From Priapulus caudatus (lineage: Eukaryota), in contig NW_014577062.1 in assembly GCF_000485595.1 (NCBI RefSeq), positions 1,287,646 to 1,325,016 on the forward strand: 37,371 nt of DNA. The letters run 5' to 3'. The position numbers and the translations under genes were made by a program. Below, one piece after another: positions 24,050 through 35,606 of the stretch; the stretch's first letter is position 1; each line of letters starts with the position of its first letter. Under the pieces are notes generated by a model. It worked only from the letters and a program-made list of their open reading frames with translations, was not told where the DNA came from and searched no databases.

Positions 24050-25028
24050 TTAAAATATATATTACGTTTAAATATATACTACGTTTAAATATATTATGGC
24101 ATCTGCTTACATTACGCGAGACGACAATCCATGTCACTGGCAAAGTATCTAGAAGATCATGTTCGTTATGTAGACGGAATCTTTCAGCGGAATTGGAGGT
24201 TTAGAACTGTCGACCCTCAGACTCGACCCAGACCAACTCATATATCACTCTAGGTGAGCGACGTCTTCTCTATCCGTTACTAATGGTCGATACAGGTGTC
24301 ATTATTCAGTAGATGCAATCCAACCGTTATAGTCAAACCACGACTGGTTGACCTTAGTTAGTCTGGAGGTGTTACAAGTCCTTAAGTCACCGGCACGCGT
24401 GCTCGTTCGCCGCAGCAGCGCCTATAGACTAAAACATATAACGCCGTAGTGTAAAATACACGAGGGGACGAACAGTGAATTTTAAGCACGGGTTATTCGA
24501 GAATTACCTTTAGAATGGGTTAGATCGCAAAAAGATTTTAACGGCTCGCGACCGCCTTTTCCCATTCGGGTGTTCGCGACAACCTCAGACTTTTACGATC
24601 GATAAAGGAACCGCGACTCTAGCACATATAACATCAATTTTACCATATACACTACACATTCGTCCGCTATTCGTCCGGGTGCGGTTTCATTTACAACAAC
24701 CTACTAGGCCTACTGGTCTCCCCCGCCTAGCGTTAAAGTTGAATGATTATCCATTAGTAATAAAAAAATATGGAACCTAGGGCAAATTCAAGCACTGTGA
24801 TATCATTGTTCTGAATGAGATCAAACCGAACAGCACACTATGGCACGAAAACGTGTACCATCATTCTGTAGACGCAAACCCCTAAAATAGCATCATCGTT
24901 AAAAAAACGCTGGTTGCGCGTATTTCGCGTGTTATATAGACACTGCCTCTATTGGAAAAACCTTGCGTAAAATCGACCATTGGCGCTACGGCAGCTCAAC
25001 TCCGAGTTGCATCTGGCTATATATATAT

Positions 25029-25070
<42 letters not shown>

Positions 25071-25884
25071 ACTGCCGCCTTATAGATATATCTTACGCCA
25101 TTTCAATGCTGCCCCAAGACCGCCACACACTCCATTTTCCCGATTTCCACAATTTGAAGAGGTATACGCCGCAGAATATATTAGAAGTTCGATTGGTCCT
25201 AAAATAAATAGAATTACTACTGTTCAAACAATAAAAACGCCGACGAAGGAAAGATTTTCGAATACTTTTAACTCGATACTCACGATCAGCCTGCAATCGA
25301 TGCCGCTGGCATGTAGCATTTATGCAACGTAGCAATCTGTTACTAGAAGCGCCACAGGATATACCCCCAGTACGCACTACCAGAGCACGTATATCATATA
25401 ATATATGCTCGTAAACGAAATGCGTATAAACTACGTATAGCACTACGCACGAAGACGGACGGTGGTGACCGGCCGAGTACTAACTATTATACACACTTCT
25501 CAGAATCGTGTTAGTAAACCTAGCTGCGCGTGTGTGTGGCAGATGAACACTTTTGCTGCGAACACGGCAGGCTGTACTCAAGAACGTAATACTCAATACG
25601 TAATACAATTCACCAGGATTAAATGAAAACACGGGTTATCCACATATGGTAGCACGATTTTCAATATGGTAGTGCGATTCTCTCAGACTGCGTGACACTA
25701 TCGTAAATGTCTTTCCGCGATGCTCTGGCCACGCGCCACACACACATCTTACTCTCTACTGCAATCTTTACAGGATAGGATACACTAGCGGCGGCTAGTC
25801 ACACCGTGGCATACCAACGAATCGGTGAGCTGTGTTTCGTCATTCGATGGTCGCTATCACGACCGCAAAGACGCAAGTCGTTGT

Positions 25885-26098
25885 GACAATCGTTGAAGCA
25901 GCAGTGAAAAGACTCTTTGAGCTAGCCGTCGAGACAGCCGTAGAGACAGTCGTTAAGACAATCGTTGAGGCAGCAGTGAAAACTCTTTGAGCTAGCCGTT
26001 GAGACAGCCGTAGAGAAAGTTGCTGAGACAGCCGTAGAGACAGCCGTAGAGACAGCCGTAGAGACAGCCGTAGAGACTGCCGTGGAGACAGTCGTTGA
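25885..26098. repeat. 12-bp tandem repeat (GAGACAGCCGTA) plus 72-bp-period duplication in the probable GPCR 5'UTR
   Basis: Visible; lies between a candidate acceptor (TCTTTACAG ending 25773) and the start codon. Confidence 0.85.
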
Positions 26099-26168
26099 GG
26101 TCCGACGACCGAACGAGAGTGTAGTTAACGACAAGTGAACGCCGCAGACAGCACAATGCTTTGACACG

Positions 26169-26443
26169 ATGGATTGGCCAGTCAACAACTCGGGGAACGT
26201 GACGTCACGCGCCGTGACGTTGGCCGCAGTCGACATCGTTATCATCATCGCCTGTAGCGTGCTGATCGCCTGCGCGTTTCTAGGCAACCTGCTCGTGATC
26301 GTCTCCGTGGCAACGAATCGACGCCTGCGCACGGTAACGAACTGCTACGTGGTGTCGCTGGCGGCGGCAGACGCGCTCGTAGCCGTGCTCGTGATGCCGC
26401 TAGCTGTCGCCGAGGACGTCACGAAGCAGTGGCTGTTTGGCAG
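26169..26443 (+). CDS. Aminergic class A GPCR (tyramine type-2/alpha-octopamine receptor-like), coding exon 1 (N-terminus, TM1-TM2, ECL1)
   Basis: N-glycosylation sequons NNS/NVT, GNLLVI, TNCYVVSLAAAD, VMP, WLFG. In-frame stop upstream at 26136..26138. Donor CAG|GTGAGC, phase 2. Confidence 0.93.
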
Positions 26444-26497
26444 GTGAGCAGCCGCAGTACTAGTATTAGTACTGTGTGCACGTGTGCGCACGTGCGC

Positions 26498-26534
<37 letters not shown>

Positions 26535-26619
26535 TGTATTTTTCTCCCTCTCTGTTTCTTATTAGTCCTCTTTCTCTCTCTTTTCTCATATATACTCTAT
26601 CGGTGCTCTATGCCTGAAT

Positions 26620-27701
26620 GTGACTTGTATACGGTCACGGTGTTGTTACAGGTTTAGTGTGCCTCTACAGTCCGGTGTGCTACAGGTTTATGATGTGACC
26701 TCTACACGTCACTGGTGTGTTACAGGTTAATGTGTGCGCTCTACACGTCACGCGTGTTGTTACAGGTTATGGTGTGCCTCTACACGGTTCACTGTGTGTT
26801 ACATGTTACATGGTGCCCTCTACACGTCACTATGTGTTGCAGGGTTAATGTGTGAGCTTACACGTTCACGGTGTGTTTTACCAGGTTCACGTTGAACCTC
26901 TACACCGTCACTGTGTGTTATGAAGGTTCATGCGTGACCTCTACACGTCACTGCGAATGTGTTACAGCGTTAATGTCGTGACCTCTACACGTCCCGGTGT
27001 GTTACACGGTTCATGTGTTGGACCTTCTACACGCAGAGGCGGTAGCTACGGGGGCGGCCCTGGGGGGGCACGGCCCCCCCACAAATTTACTGGGCCCATC
27101 CAGGCTGCCGCCTGGAAGATTAATGCTGTGATAAAAAAAAATTTGAATAAAAAACAAGGCGTTAGACAGTCATAATACAAGAACAAGTATATATTGTGCC
27201 CCCCCACAAAAATGTAAGCCCGCAGCCCAGTGCCCTCGCTGAAAAAAATGGCCTAGTTGGTTCATGCGTGAGCTCTCACCGTCACGGTGTGTTTACAGGT
27301 AATGTGTGACCTCTAAACTCCACTGGTGTTGTTAGCAGGGTTAAGTGTGACATCTACACGTCACGGTGTGTGTTACAGTTTGACCTCTCACACGTCAGGT
27401 GGTGTTACAGGTTTGACCTCTACAGTCACTGTTGTGTTACAGGTTTGTCCTCTACATGATCACTGTGTGTTTACAGTGTTTGACCTCTACAGCGTCACTG
27501 TGTGTACAGGTTTGACCTCTACACGTCACTGTGTGTTACAGGTTTTATGTGCGACCTCTACACGTCACCTGTGTGTTACAGGTTTGACCTCTACACGTCA
27601 CTGTGTGTTACAGGTTTGACCTCTACACGTCACTGTGTGTTACAGGTTTGACCTCTACACGTCACTGTGTGTTACAGGTTTATGTGCGACCTCTACACGT
27701 C
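26620..27701 (+). repeat. Intronic tandem array (32- and 38-bp units) copying the intron/exon-2 junction
   Basis: Unit ACTGTGTGTTACAG-GTTT(ATGTGC)GACCTCTACACGTC; CAGG at 27579, 27611, 27643, 27675. Confidence 0.93.
27034..27258. mobile_element. hAT-like MITE inserted in the intronic array, right end truncated
   Basis: Left end CAGAGGCGGTAGCTACGGGGG, related to the 1124 and 9960 elements; internal inverted GGGGGGCAC/GTGCCCCCC; interrupts the repeat units. Confidence 0.7.
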
Positions 27702-29169
27702 GCTGGACGTGATGCTCTGCACCGCCTCCATCATGAATCTCTGCTGCATCAGCATCGACCGCTACTTCGCCATCACGGCGCCCCTCGTCTACGTGACGAA
27801 GCGCAGCCAGAAGCTGGCCATCACCATGGTGACAGTCGCCTGGCTGCTGTCGGCCGCCATCGTGCTGCCGGCCGTCGTCGGTTGGAAGGACGAGGACTAC
27901 GGGCGCGACGCGAGCGTCTGCTACATCCCGCGCGCCCCCGGCTACGTCGTCTACTCGGCGTGCGGCTCGTTCTTTATCCCGCTCGTCGTCATGCTCTACG
28001 TCTACTACCGCATCTTTCGCATCGCCAGCGAGCGCGAGCGCAACTTGGCGCCCTACAAGCGCTATCTGTCGCGCACGCATTCCGGCGCGCGGCCGGACGG
28101 CAGCTTCGCCGACAGCGGCGAGGAACGCAATCCCAGCTCGAGCGACAACGCGCAGTCAGAGGTGTGCATCGAGATCAAGCGCCACCTGCAGGCGAAGCTC
28201 TCCGAGGACCTTCGCGCGCACTGCGTGCGTTCGGTGTTCCGCAGGGCGGCGAAGGGTCGCCACAAAAAGCAGAAGTCGCCGACGACGTGCGCCGAGTCGC
28301 CGACCGTCGTCGCCATGGTAACGCGCGTCGGCGGGCCGATGAGCAGCGCGCTCGCCGTGCGACGCACCAGCTCGACGCCCAACCTGCCGCCGCAGCGCAA
28401 GAGGGTGCTGTGCGGGACGCTGTCGGCCGGCGTCAGCACGCCGACGCTCGCCTCGCCCGCGTCGCTGCGCCGAGCCGCCGCGCCTCGCCCGCCGGCAGCC
28501 GACACGTCGCCGTACACGGAGACCGGCTCCTTCCAGCGACCGGTTGCCGTGAGAAAGACCAGCGAGCAGCCGTCCGCCGCCGAGCAAGACCTGCGGCCTG
28601 ACGCTCAGCGCGGGATAGACAGCGGTCACTCGAGCACGCCGCGGACCGACCCGGCGCAGTGCAACGCGCGGCTGGACGTCGGCCACGTCCGGCTCGACGC
28701 CGTAAAGTGCAACACGCGGCTGGACGTCGGACAGAGTGGCGCGCGGCTGGACGTCGGTCAGTACGGATCGAACGGACGCACGTCGCCGCGAGGCAGCGAC
28801 GCCGAGCTACGACTCGACAAGCCGAAGGCGAAGGAGAGCGCCATCTTCCGCAAGGAGAGCAAGGCGGCGAAGACGTTGGCGATAGTCGTCGGCGGCTTCA
28901 CCGTCTGCTGGCTGCCCTTCTTCCTGCTCTACATCGTCAGCCCCTTCTGCGGCTGCGACGTGCCCGACGGACTCGTGCGCGTCTGCGTCTGGACGGGCTA
29001 CTTCAACAGCGTCTGCAACCCGGCCATCTACGCTCTGTACAACCGCACGTTCCGCCACTCGTTCTGGCGGCTCACGTGCGGACTGCTCGCGCGCAAGCAG
29101 CAGCGCGGCCGCTCCGACGAGCTGGCCGCGACGCCACGCTATCGCATCAGCCACGACAACACGTTGTGA
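27678..29169 (+). CDS. Aminergic class A GPCR, coding exon 2 (TM3-TM7, long ICL3); spliced product 588 aa
   Basis: Phase-compatible join gives WLFGR-FMCDLYTSLDVMLCTASI (amine-binding Asp). Also DRY, GYVVYSACGSFFIP, KESKAAKTLAIVVGGF, CWLPFF, NPAIY and FWRLTC. Confidence 0.95.
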
Positions 29170-29429
29170 CGCCGCCATCGCCGCCATGCTGCGTGACGTC
29201 ATGCATCATTCTGGATATTTCGGGAACGCCTCGCGATCCGACACTGCAAGAAACGGCGTCTGTCATCACGGCCCTCATCCTGCACCTGTAATTAACCTGA
29301 CGGTCGCCTTGACAACAGCGTCGCACCGTCATGGCGGACGCTACACGTGACGCAATGGGCAGCCTATGGTGATGCCAAAGTGGGCAGTCCGTGATGGTGT
29401 AGTAGGCAGCATGTAATGAAGTAATAGGC

Positions 29430-29777
29430 AGCTGGTGATGACGCAAACTGCAGCTGGCGATGACGCAGTCTGCAACTGATGATGACGCAAACTGCAGCTG
29501 GCGATGACGCAGTCTGCAACTGGTGACGACGCAGTCTGTAGCTGGTGACGACGCAGTCTGTAGCTGGTGACGACGCAATCTGTAGCTGGTGACGACGCAG
29601 TCTGTAGCTGGCGATGACGCAGTATGCAGCTGGTGATGACGCAGTATGCAGCTGGTGATGACGCAGTCCACAACTGGTGTTGACGCAGTCCCCAGCTGGT
29701 GATGACGCAGTCTGTAGCTGGTGATGACGCAGTCTGTAGCTGGTGATGACGCAGTCTGTAGCTGGTGATGACGCAGT
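29430..29777. repeat. 22-bp minisatellite (GATGACGCAGTCTGTAGCTGGT) in the probable 3'UTR
   Basis: Period 22, about 15 copies. Confidence 0.95.
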
Positions 29778-29944
29778 AATGAGCGGAGAGCCGTGATGAG
29801 GTAATTTCGGGCAGCATGAAGGCAGGTGTTGACCAGAGTGCACCATTACCGATAATACTGACACATACCGACTCCAGCTGAACCGCTGTCTGACGAATTG
29901 CCATCGTTGCGACCAAACTAATTCCATTTAATTTAATATTGTAT

Positions 29945-29981
29945 CAAGAGCTAATAAACACCTGGTGTTTATTAGCTCTTG
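29945..29981. mobile_element. 37-bp perfect palindromic micro-element
   Basis: CAAGAGCTAATAAACACC-T-GGTGTTTATTAGCTCTTG; flanks ATTGTAT/ATTGCAT (7-bp TSD with 1 mismatch). Confidence 0.75.
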
Positions 29982-30012
29982 ATTGCATGTATGTGTACGT
30001 GCGTGCGTGCGC

Positions 30013-30023
30013 GTATATATATA

Positions 30024-30080
<57 letters not shown>
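30013..30080. repeat. (TA)n microsatellite
   Basis: Visible. Confidence 0.9.
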
Positions 30081-30081
<1 letters not shown>

Positions 30082-30774
30082 TCGTTTCGCGTCTTTTCAG
30101 ATAATGATGTAGATGATTTTATTCCATCTCATTTTCTCACATCTTTAATTACGCGAAACTTTAAAGCTCGACATTTCATTATAGAAACATTTTAATTTGT
30201 CAGATTTAGATCAATTTACTGTTCGCTATAAAACGGTGACGTTAGTGGTAAAATGCCTTATAAATGTGAGCATAAAAGTGATTTTTTACCGCTTATTACT
30301 GTTTCGGTCTCACAGCACGATGGCGAATACGTAGCCTGTGTTCATGAAAATTTATTGAGTGTTTGTCAAGAATGAAGGTCACGACAACCACCGGCGATCA
30401 ATGAGCATTAATCATTAAGCAGTTTTTGAAGGTCCAGCGGTGAAAACACTTTACATTACCCTATCGTAGATTCACGAACCGTAAAAAACCGCCTGCCTGT
30501 GTAAACAGTGTTAGGAAATTGTCAATACACCTGTAATATTTGCCGGCGAGTGCATATTTTCCTCTCTGCGCACAACAGCTGAATACCGACCGCTATCGAA
30601 CGAGTTATTGCACGCAGCCAACTATCGTCGGCCCCCATCGTATAGGCCCCATATATATCAATACTCAGCCATTCACCACTTTACAGTAACATGCAGCGCA
30701 GCGGGATAGCTACGTATGCTGTTAACTCTAATAGCGACCCCTACTAGGCGCCTAGCTCGCACACACTGCATCCT

Positions 30775-30776
<2 letters not shown>

Positions 30777-30840
<64 letters not shown>
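30777..30840. repeat. (TA)n microsatellite
   Basis: Visible. Confidence 0.92.
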
Positions 30841-30841
<1 letters not shown>

Positions 30842-30845
30842 ATAT

Positions 30846-30889
30846 CAGGAGTCTATCAATATTGATATATATATATTGATAGACTCCTG
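30846..30889. mobile_element. 44-bp palindromic micro-element
   Basis: CAGGAGTCTATCAATAT...ATATTGATAGACTCCTG; 7-bp TSD ATAATAT. Confidence 0.78.
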
Positions 30890-31512
30890 ATAATATATAC
30901 CAGCGAACAGCAGCAGCAGCTGGTGATGCGAGTTGACCTCTGCGCCACCGTCAACGACCGCGTGACAACGCCGCTAGATAACAACGGACAAACAAGAAAC
31001 GACTCAAAAAAAGTTTCCATCACACGAACTGATATTTATTTCAGTTTACTCTCGTATAACGGTTGGGCGATCAGTCGCGTAATCACAAACACATAGCACG
31101 CAGCCGCGGCTTTCGTCTCACGATAGATGAAGCTATATAAACTTGTGCGTTGAATTTGAAAATGAATTAAATTCAAGCAAAGTTAATAATACTAGTAGTG
31201 TAGTAGTAATCATTATTATTATTACTATTATAACAATATTACTATTGTAATAATAACGAGATATTTACGATTATTAAGAAAACATTTAGTATGGATAGGT
31301 CTCATTATGTATATGTGTCTGCGCACGAGTGCGCGATCGTCGGGTGTATATGTGACAAACGATGGAGTTTGATTAATGTCAGATTTTGCGACCAGTAAGG
31401 TGAGCAATATCGATAAAGGCACGGTGTGCACGTATACTTATACCGAGACTAGGAATATATAGGATAATACACACGGATAACCGACACATAGAAGGCCGAC
31501 AACCTACCTACC

Positions 31513-31879
31513 TTAAATTGGCTACGTCACGAATTTTCTATGGTGTATATTTGTAAAAATTTTGTTGCCATTTTTTTTTACATTAAAAGCAAGTACTAAC
31601 GAGACTAAATTTATCGTCAAATTCTTACTTGATAAGATTGTTTCTCAACTATTTAAAAATAAAAAAACCCTGGACGATTGATATTATGATCCTGACATTA
31701 ATTGCTTGCTATGGGCTATGGGCTATGTTTACATCGAACGGTACAGTACAACGAACAGTAAAATAAGAAGTATAATGCAGCAGTTTAACCATAAAAAGTG
31801 AACAGAATTACTTACATTTTGTGAAAAAGTCGAAATATTTTTTTTACTTTTACTATTTACGGTGACGTAATCAATTTAA
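31513..31879. mobile_element. Candidate non-autonomous TIR element with TTAA-bounded ends
   Basis: TTAAATTGGCTACGTCAC / GTGACGTAATCAATTTAA (16/18 inverted match) around an AT-rich interior. Confidence 0.5.
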
Positions 31880-32358
31880 CTACGTAATGCAAACTGTGCT
31901 GCGATTGCCTACAAGTTACGGAGAAGGCGGCCGTCTTAAGTTGATTGTGAAATCACTCGTGCGACGTTATTACGTTATGAATTACGTTATCCCAAAAGAT
32001 TCAACGCGAATAAACGCTTTACAAGTATGATGCGTTAAATACAGTTATAGCTGATGAAATACCTAGATAGATAACCTAGGTAGATGATAGATTTATTGCT
32101 TTAGGTAAATCCCCGACTACGGTCTACTCGGCGCGTTTCCATCTTTCTTGGTGTTAACTCAATACAGCATTTTGCCTCTTCCTTTCACACCATCTCCCAC
32201 TCCCACGTTTTCTTGCGTTTGGCCACTCTCACTATTCCCCTCTCTTATGCGTCCACTTACCATTCCATCTATCTTCAACTATCTCTCTTGCGCGCGCACG
32301 GTCTCTCTCTCTCGCTGCACTTTCCCTTCTTTATTCCTATCGCTCGCTTCCCCTTCCC

Positions 32359-32397
32359 TCTCTCACACACACACGCACGCGCGCGCGCGCACACACA

Positions 32398-32449
<52 letters not shown>

Positions 32450-32455
32450 CACACA
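32359..32455. repeat. (CA)n/(GCAC)n microsatellite
   Basis: Visible. Confidence 0.92.
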
Positions 32456-33586
32456 TTCACATATACGAAAAATGTTCGCGCGATTATTCTGTTCTGAATG
32501 GGAGACGAGTTCACAGAGACAGGTGTACTTCTCTGTAAATAAACAGGTAGGTTGGTCTGGTTGCTGTCACAGCAGCAGCCGTCAGTCTCGGCTACTCACT
32601 AGTCTATAACGGCTCTGACGACTAGCCACTGTCGCAGCGGGCTAGGGCGAGCACAGTCGCCGTATTGTCAGTCAAGCACCGCCATGCGTGATATGAGTGA
32701 AACCAGCTCTCGCGCGAACACGCCCGCGGCAAAGTACGCAGAAAATCGCGGTTGAGTTTCCGCTGGCGATTTCAACGACGAGGAAATCGCTGTGCTGGCA
32801 ATTTGAGCGATCGACGCGGCGACGACGACAGAGAGAGGACATGCGCGTCCGTAACCTAGATTCTAGCGCGGCACCCGCGGCACAAGCTGTGAAACCTAGC
32901 AGCTGACCAGGAGTTGTCCAGCACATTCGAGAGTTGTCTCGAAACATTCCCCGCTAACCTCACGCGCGGGGAATCGTATCGCCTCTTCTATATTATCCCG
33001 TGGATTTTCCCCAGATGGCGGCGCGAGAATTATTAGGGAATACCGCGGAAGATGGCGGGAGGCGGCACCTGCAACCGCATCGTACGGCATCGGCGTTGAA
33101 GAAGGGCTTCATTTGCGGATACCGACCGTTCGCGGATGCAGATGACGCAAAGAACGCAGAATGATCATCATCATCATCATCATCATCATCATTATCTCTC
33201 GTTGTTTAGTGTCTGTAGGGAGCTTTTCCCGGCTCCCGTTCCCGGCGACTCAGTGCTTGATTCACGAACACCTGCGTCGCTGCTGTCGCCGCGCTCGATC
33301 AACTAGATCAGCACAGCGATGAAAAACTTCACAAATACCCATGCACCCAGTGTGAACGCGGTCCGCCCACTACTGCACCCACCGGTCGATACAGATCGAC
33401 GGTAGATGTACGCAAAACGCGAGAGACGAACTGCGCGAAAGATTGTGGGAGTTCAAAGCCAGAAGTCGTCGGAGTCACAGAGAACGAGCAAGAGAACGTC
33501 GTTCCTGACATGCGATGGATCACGCTGCGCTGCGTTCGCCCCTCAGCTCCAGCCGAGGAGCTGCAACACGTACAAAGACAGAGAGC

Positions 33587-33945
<359 letters not shown>

Positions 33946-34386
33946 CGCGAAAGAGGAGAGGGGGATGCGCTAGCGTTGGAGCATGGACAATGAATGTAGC
34001 TGGGAAGATGCGGCAACGAGAGCGCTTCAACAAGCCCCTCTACGAATCACATTCGAAAAAACAGGCAATGAAGGCAGAAGAAGTCAGACCTTGACAGCAG
34101 CAGCAGCAGCAGACAGCACAGCGCGCGCATTCTAACAAGGCACGGTAGGCGGCCGCGCAACAGTCGCATAACCACGCCGTCAATCTTTAGTTAACGAAAT
34201 AATTATCAGGTTGAAAAGATCTCCCCAGGTGATTACGGGGACTCTCTCTCCATTCGGCGGCAGGTCAATCTTCACGTCTGCTATTGAGACGCCGACTAAA
34301 CCCCGCGCTCGACTCGCGCCAGGCAGACGATATAAATGCTAATCCCACAGCGTGCTGCCGTGACTGCCAGCCACCTCCACCGGCTA

Positions 34387-34429
34387 CCTCTCTCTCTCTC
34401 TCTCTCCCTCTTTCTCCCTCTTTCTCTCC

Positions 34430-34472
<43 letters not shown>

Positions 34473-34530
34473 TCGCTCTCGCTCTCTCTCCCCCTCTCTC
34501 TCCCTCCCCCCTCTCTCTCTCTCTCTCTCT
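34387..34530. repeat. Imperfect (CT)n tract
   Basis: Visible. Confidence 0.93.
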
Positions 34531-35155
34531 ACACCCAAGTTTTTGTTTGGACGACGATTCGTATACATTCGGAGCAACCTGACGTACAGAGAATATATTT
34601 ACAAAAGTTGAGGTTCTACACTACAAGTCTGTGTGTCCAGAATAGAGTCTCGTTTTTCACCATGTTCAGAAGATATTCAGTAAAATGTAAGTAAGTATAG
34701 TAAAGTTCAAACTGTATAAAAGCATCGAAATGTGTTGGCAGTATTGGAATGATTTTTGGCAAAGTCGTGAAACCGGCAGAAATATTTACAAACACTCACC
34801 ATGCACATTTATGTAAACATTGGTCACCATGATATACATCCTCCACACATATCGTGGTACTCACTATGACTAGTATCACTATTAACGGATAGGCACAGCA
34901 TCTTTCTCACTTGGTGATGAAGGCCACCACGGTGATCAGCCAACTCCCTATAAATATCCTAAAAACTAGCTGACGGTCATCAATGCGATGACCAACCCAT
35001 TTCAATCACCACAACGACCACTAGTCGACTTCCATCGCCCGTGACGACCAGGCAGCTTCCATCACCATGACGACCATAAGACCGTGATTCCTGAGAAGAT
35101 CACCGGCTCGGATGTGGCAGTGCAAGCTTACACATCTGTATAAAAAAGTTAATGT

Positions 35156-35266
35156 GAGTTGCGCTTTATAATGCCTTCATATTACCAGGGCAAACATTAG
35201 GCAGCTGATCTGTAACTGCAAATACACTGTAAAGAATTGCACCCACACTCCCACATCGCGGTTAAC
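35156..35266. repeat. First copy of an exact direct repeat (second copy 37261..37371)
   Basis: 111 identical bases starting GAGTTGCGCTTTATAATG. Confidence 0.95.
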
Positions 35267-35606
35267 ACACTATAGGTTGGTTAAGGGGTAGACACATTAG
35301 GCGATTTTTCATGCGATCGAGCCGGCCGACCGAGTTTCCACAGCTTTACTCACTTGGCACGCGGAGTGCAATTTGCAGCACGAGCACGTACACAATTACA
35401 ATTCGCTAATGACACCTACCACTTCCCAAAATCAAAAGCTCACATGGCTTCAGCAATGACAGCCGCCCTCGTAGGTTGCGCGGATTCTTTATTTACTAAT
35501 TACCAGCTTGCAACGCAATGTATTGACACATCTGATCATACTACTCTGGGAATCACTAATAACTACTCCTGTGTTGCGACGAAGACTAGAGTGTATGGGA
35601 GGGGAT

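Noticed and set aside
27667..27677. GTG start of the 500-aa ORF as an independent gene start
   Set aside because: It lies in the intron; TM1-TM2 come from exon 1 through a phase-compatible splice.
27603..29291. Alternative-frame and antisense ORFs over the GPCR exon
   Set aside because: Expected shadow ORFs of GC3-rich coding sequence.
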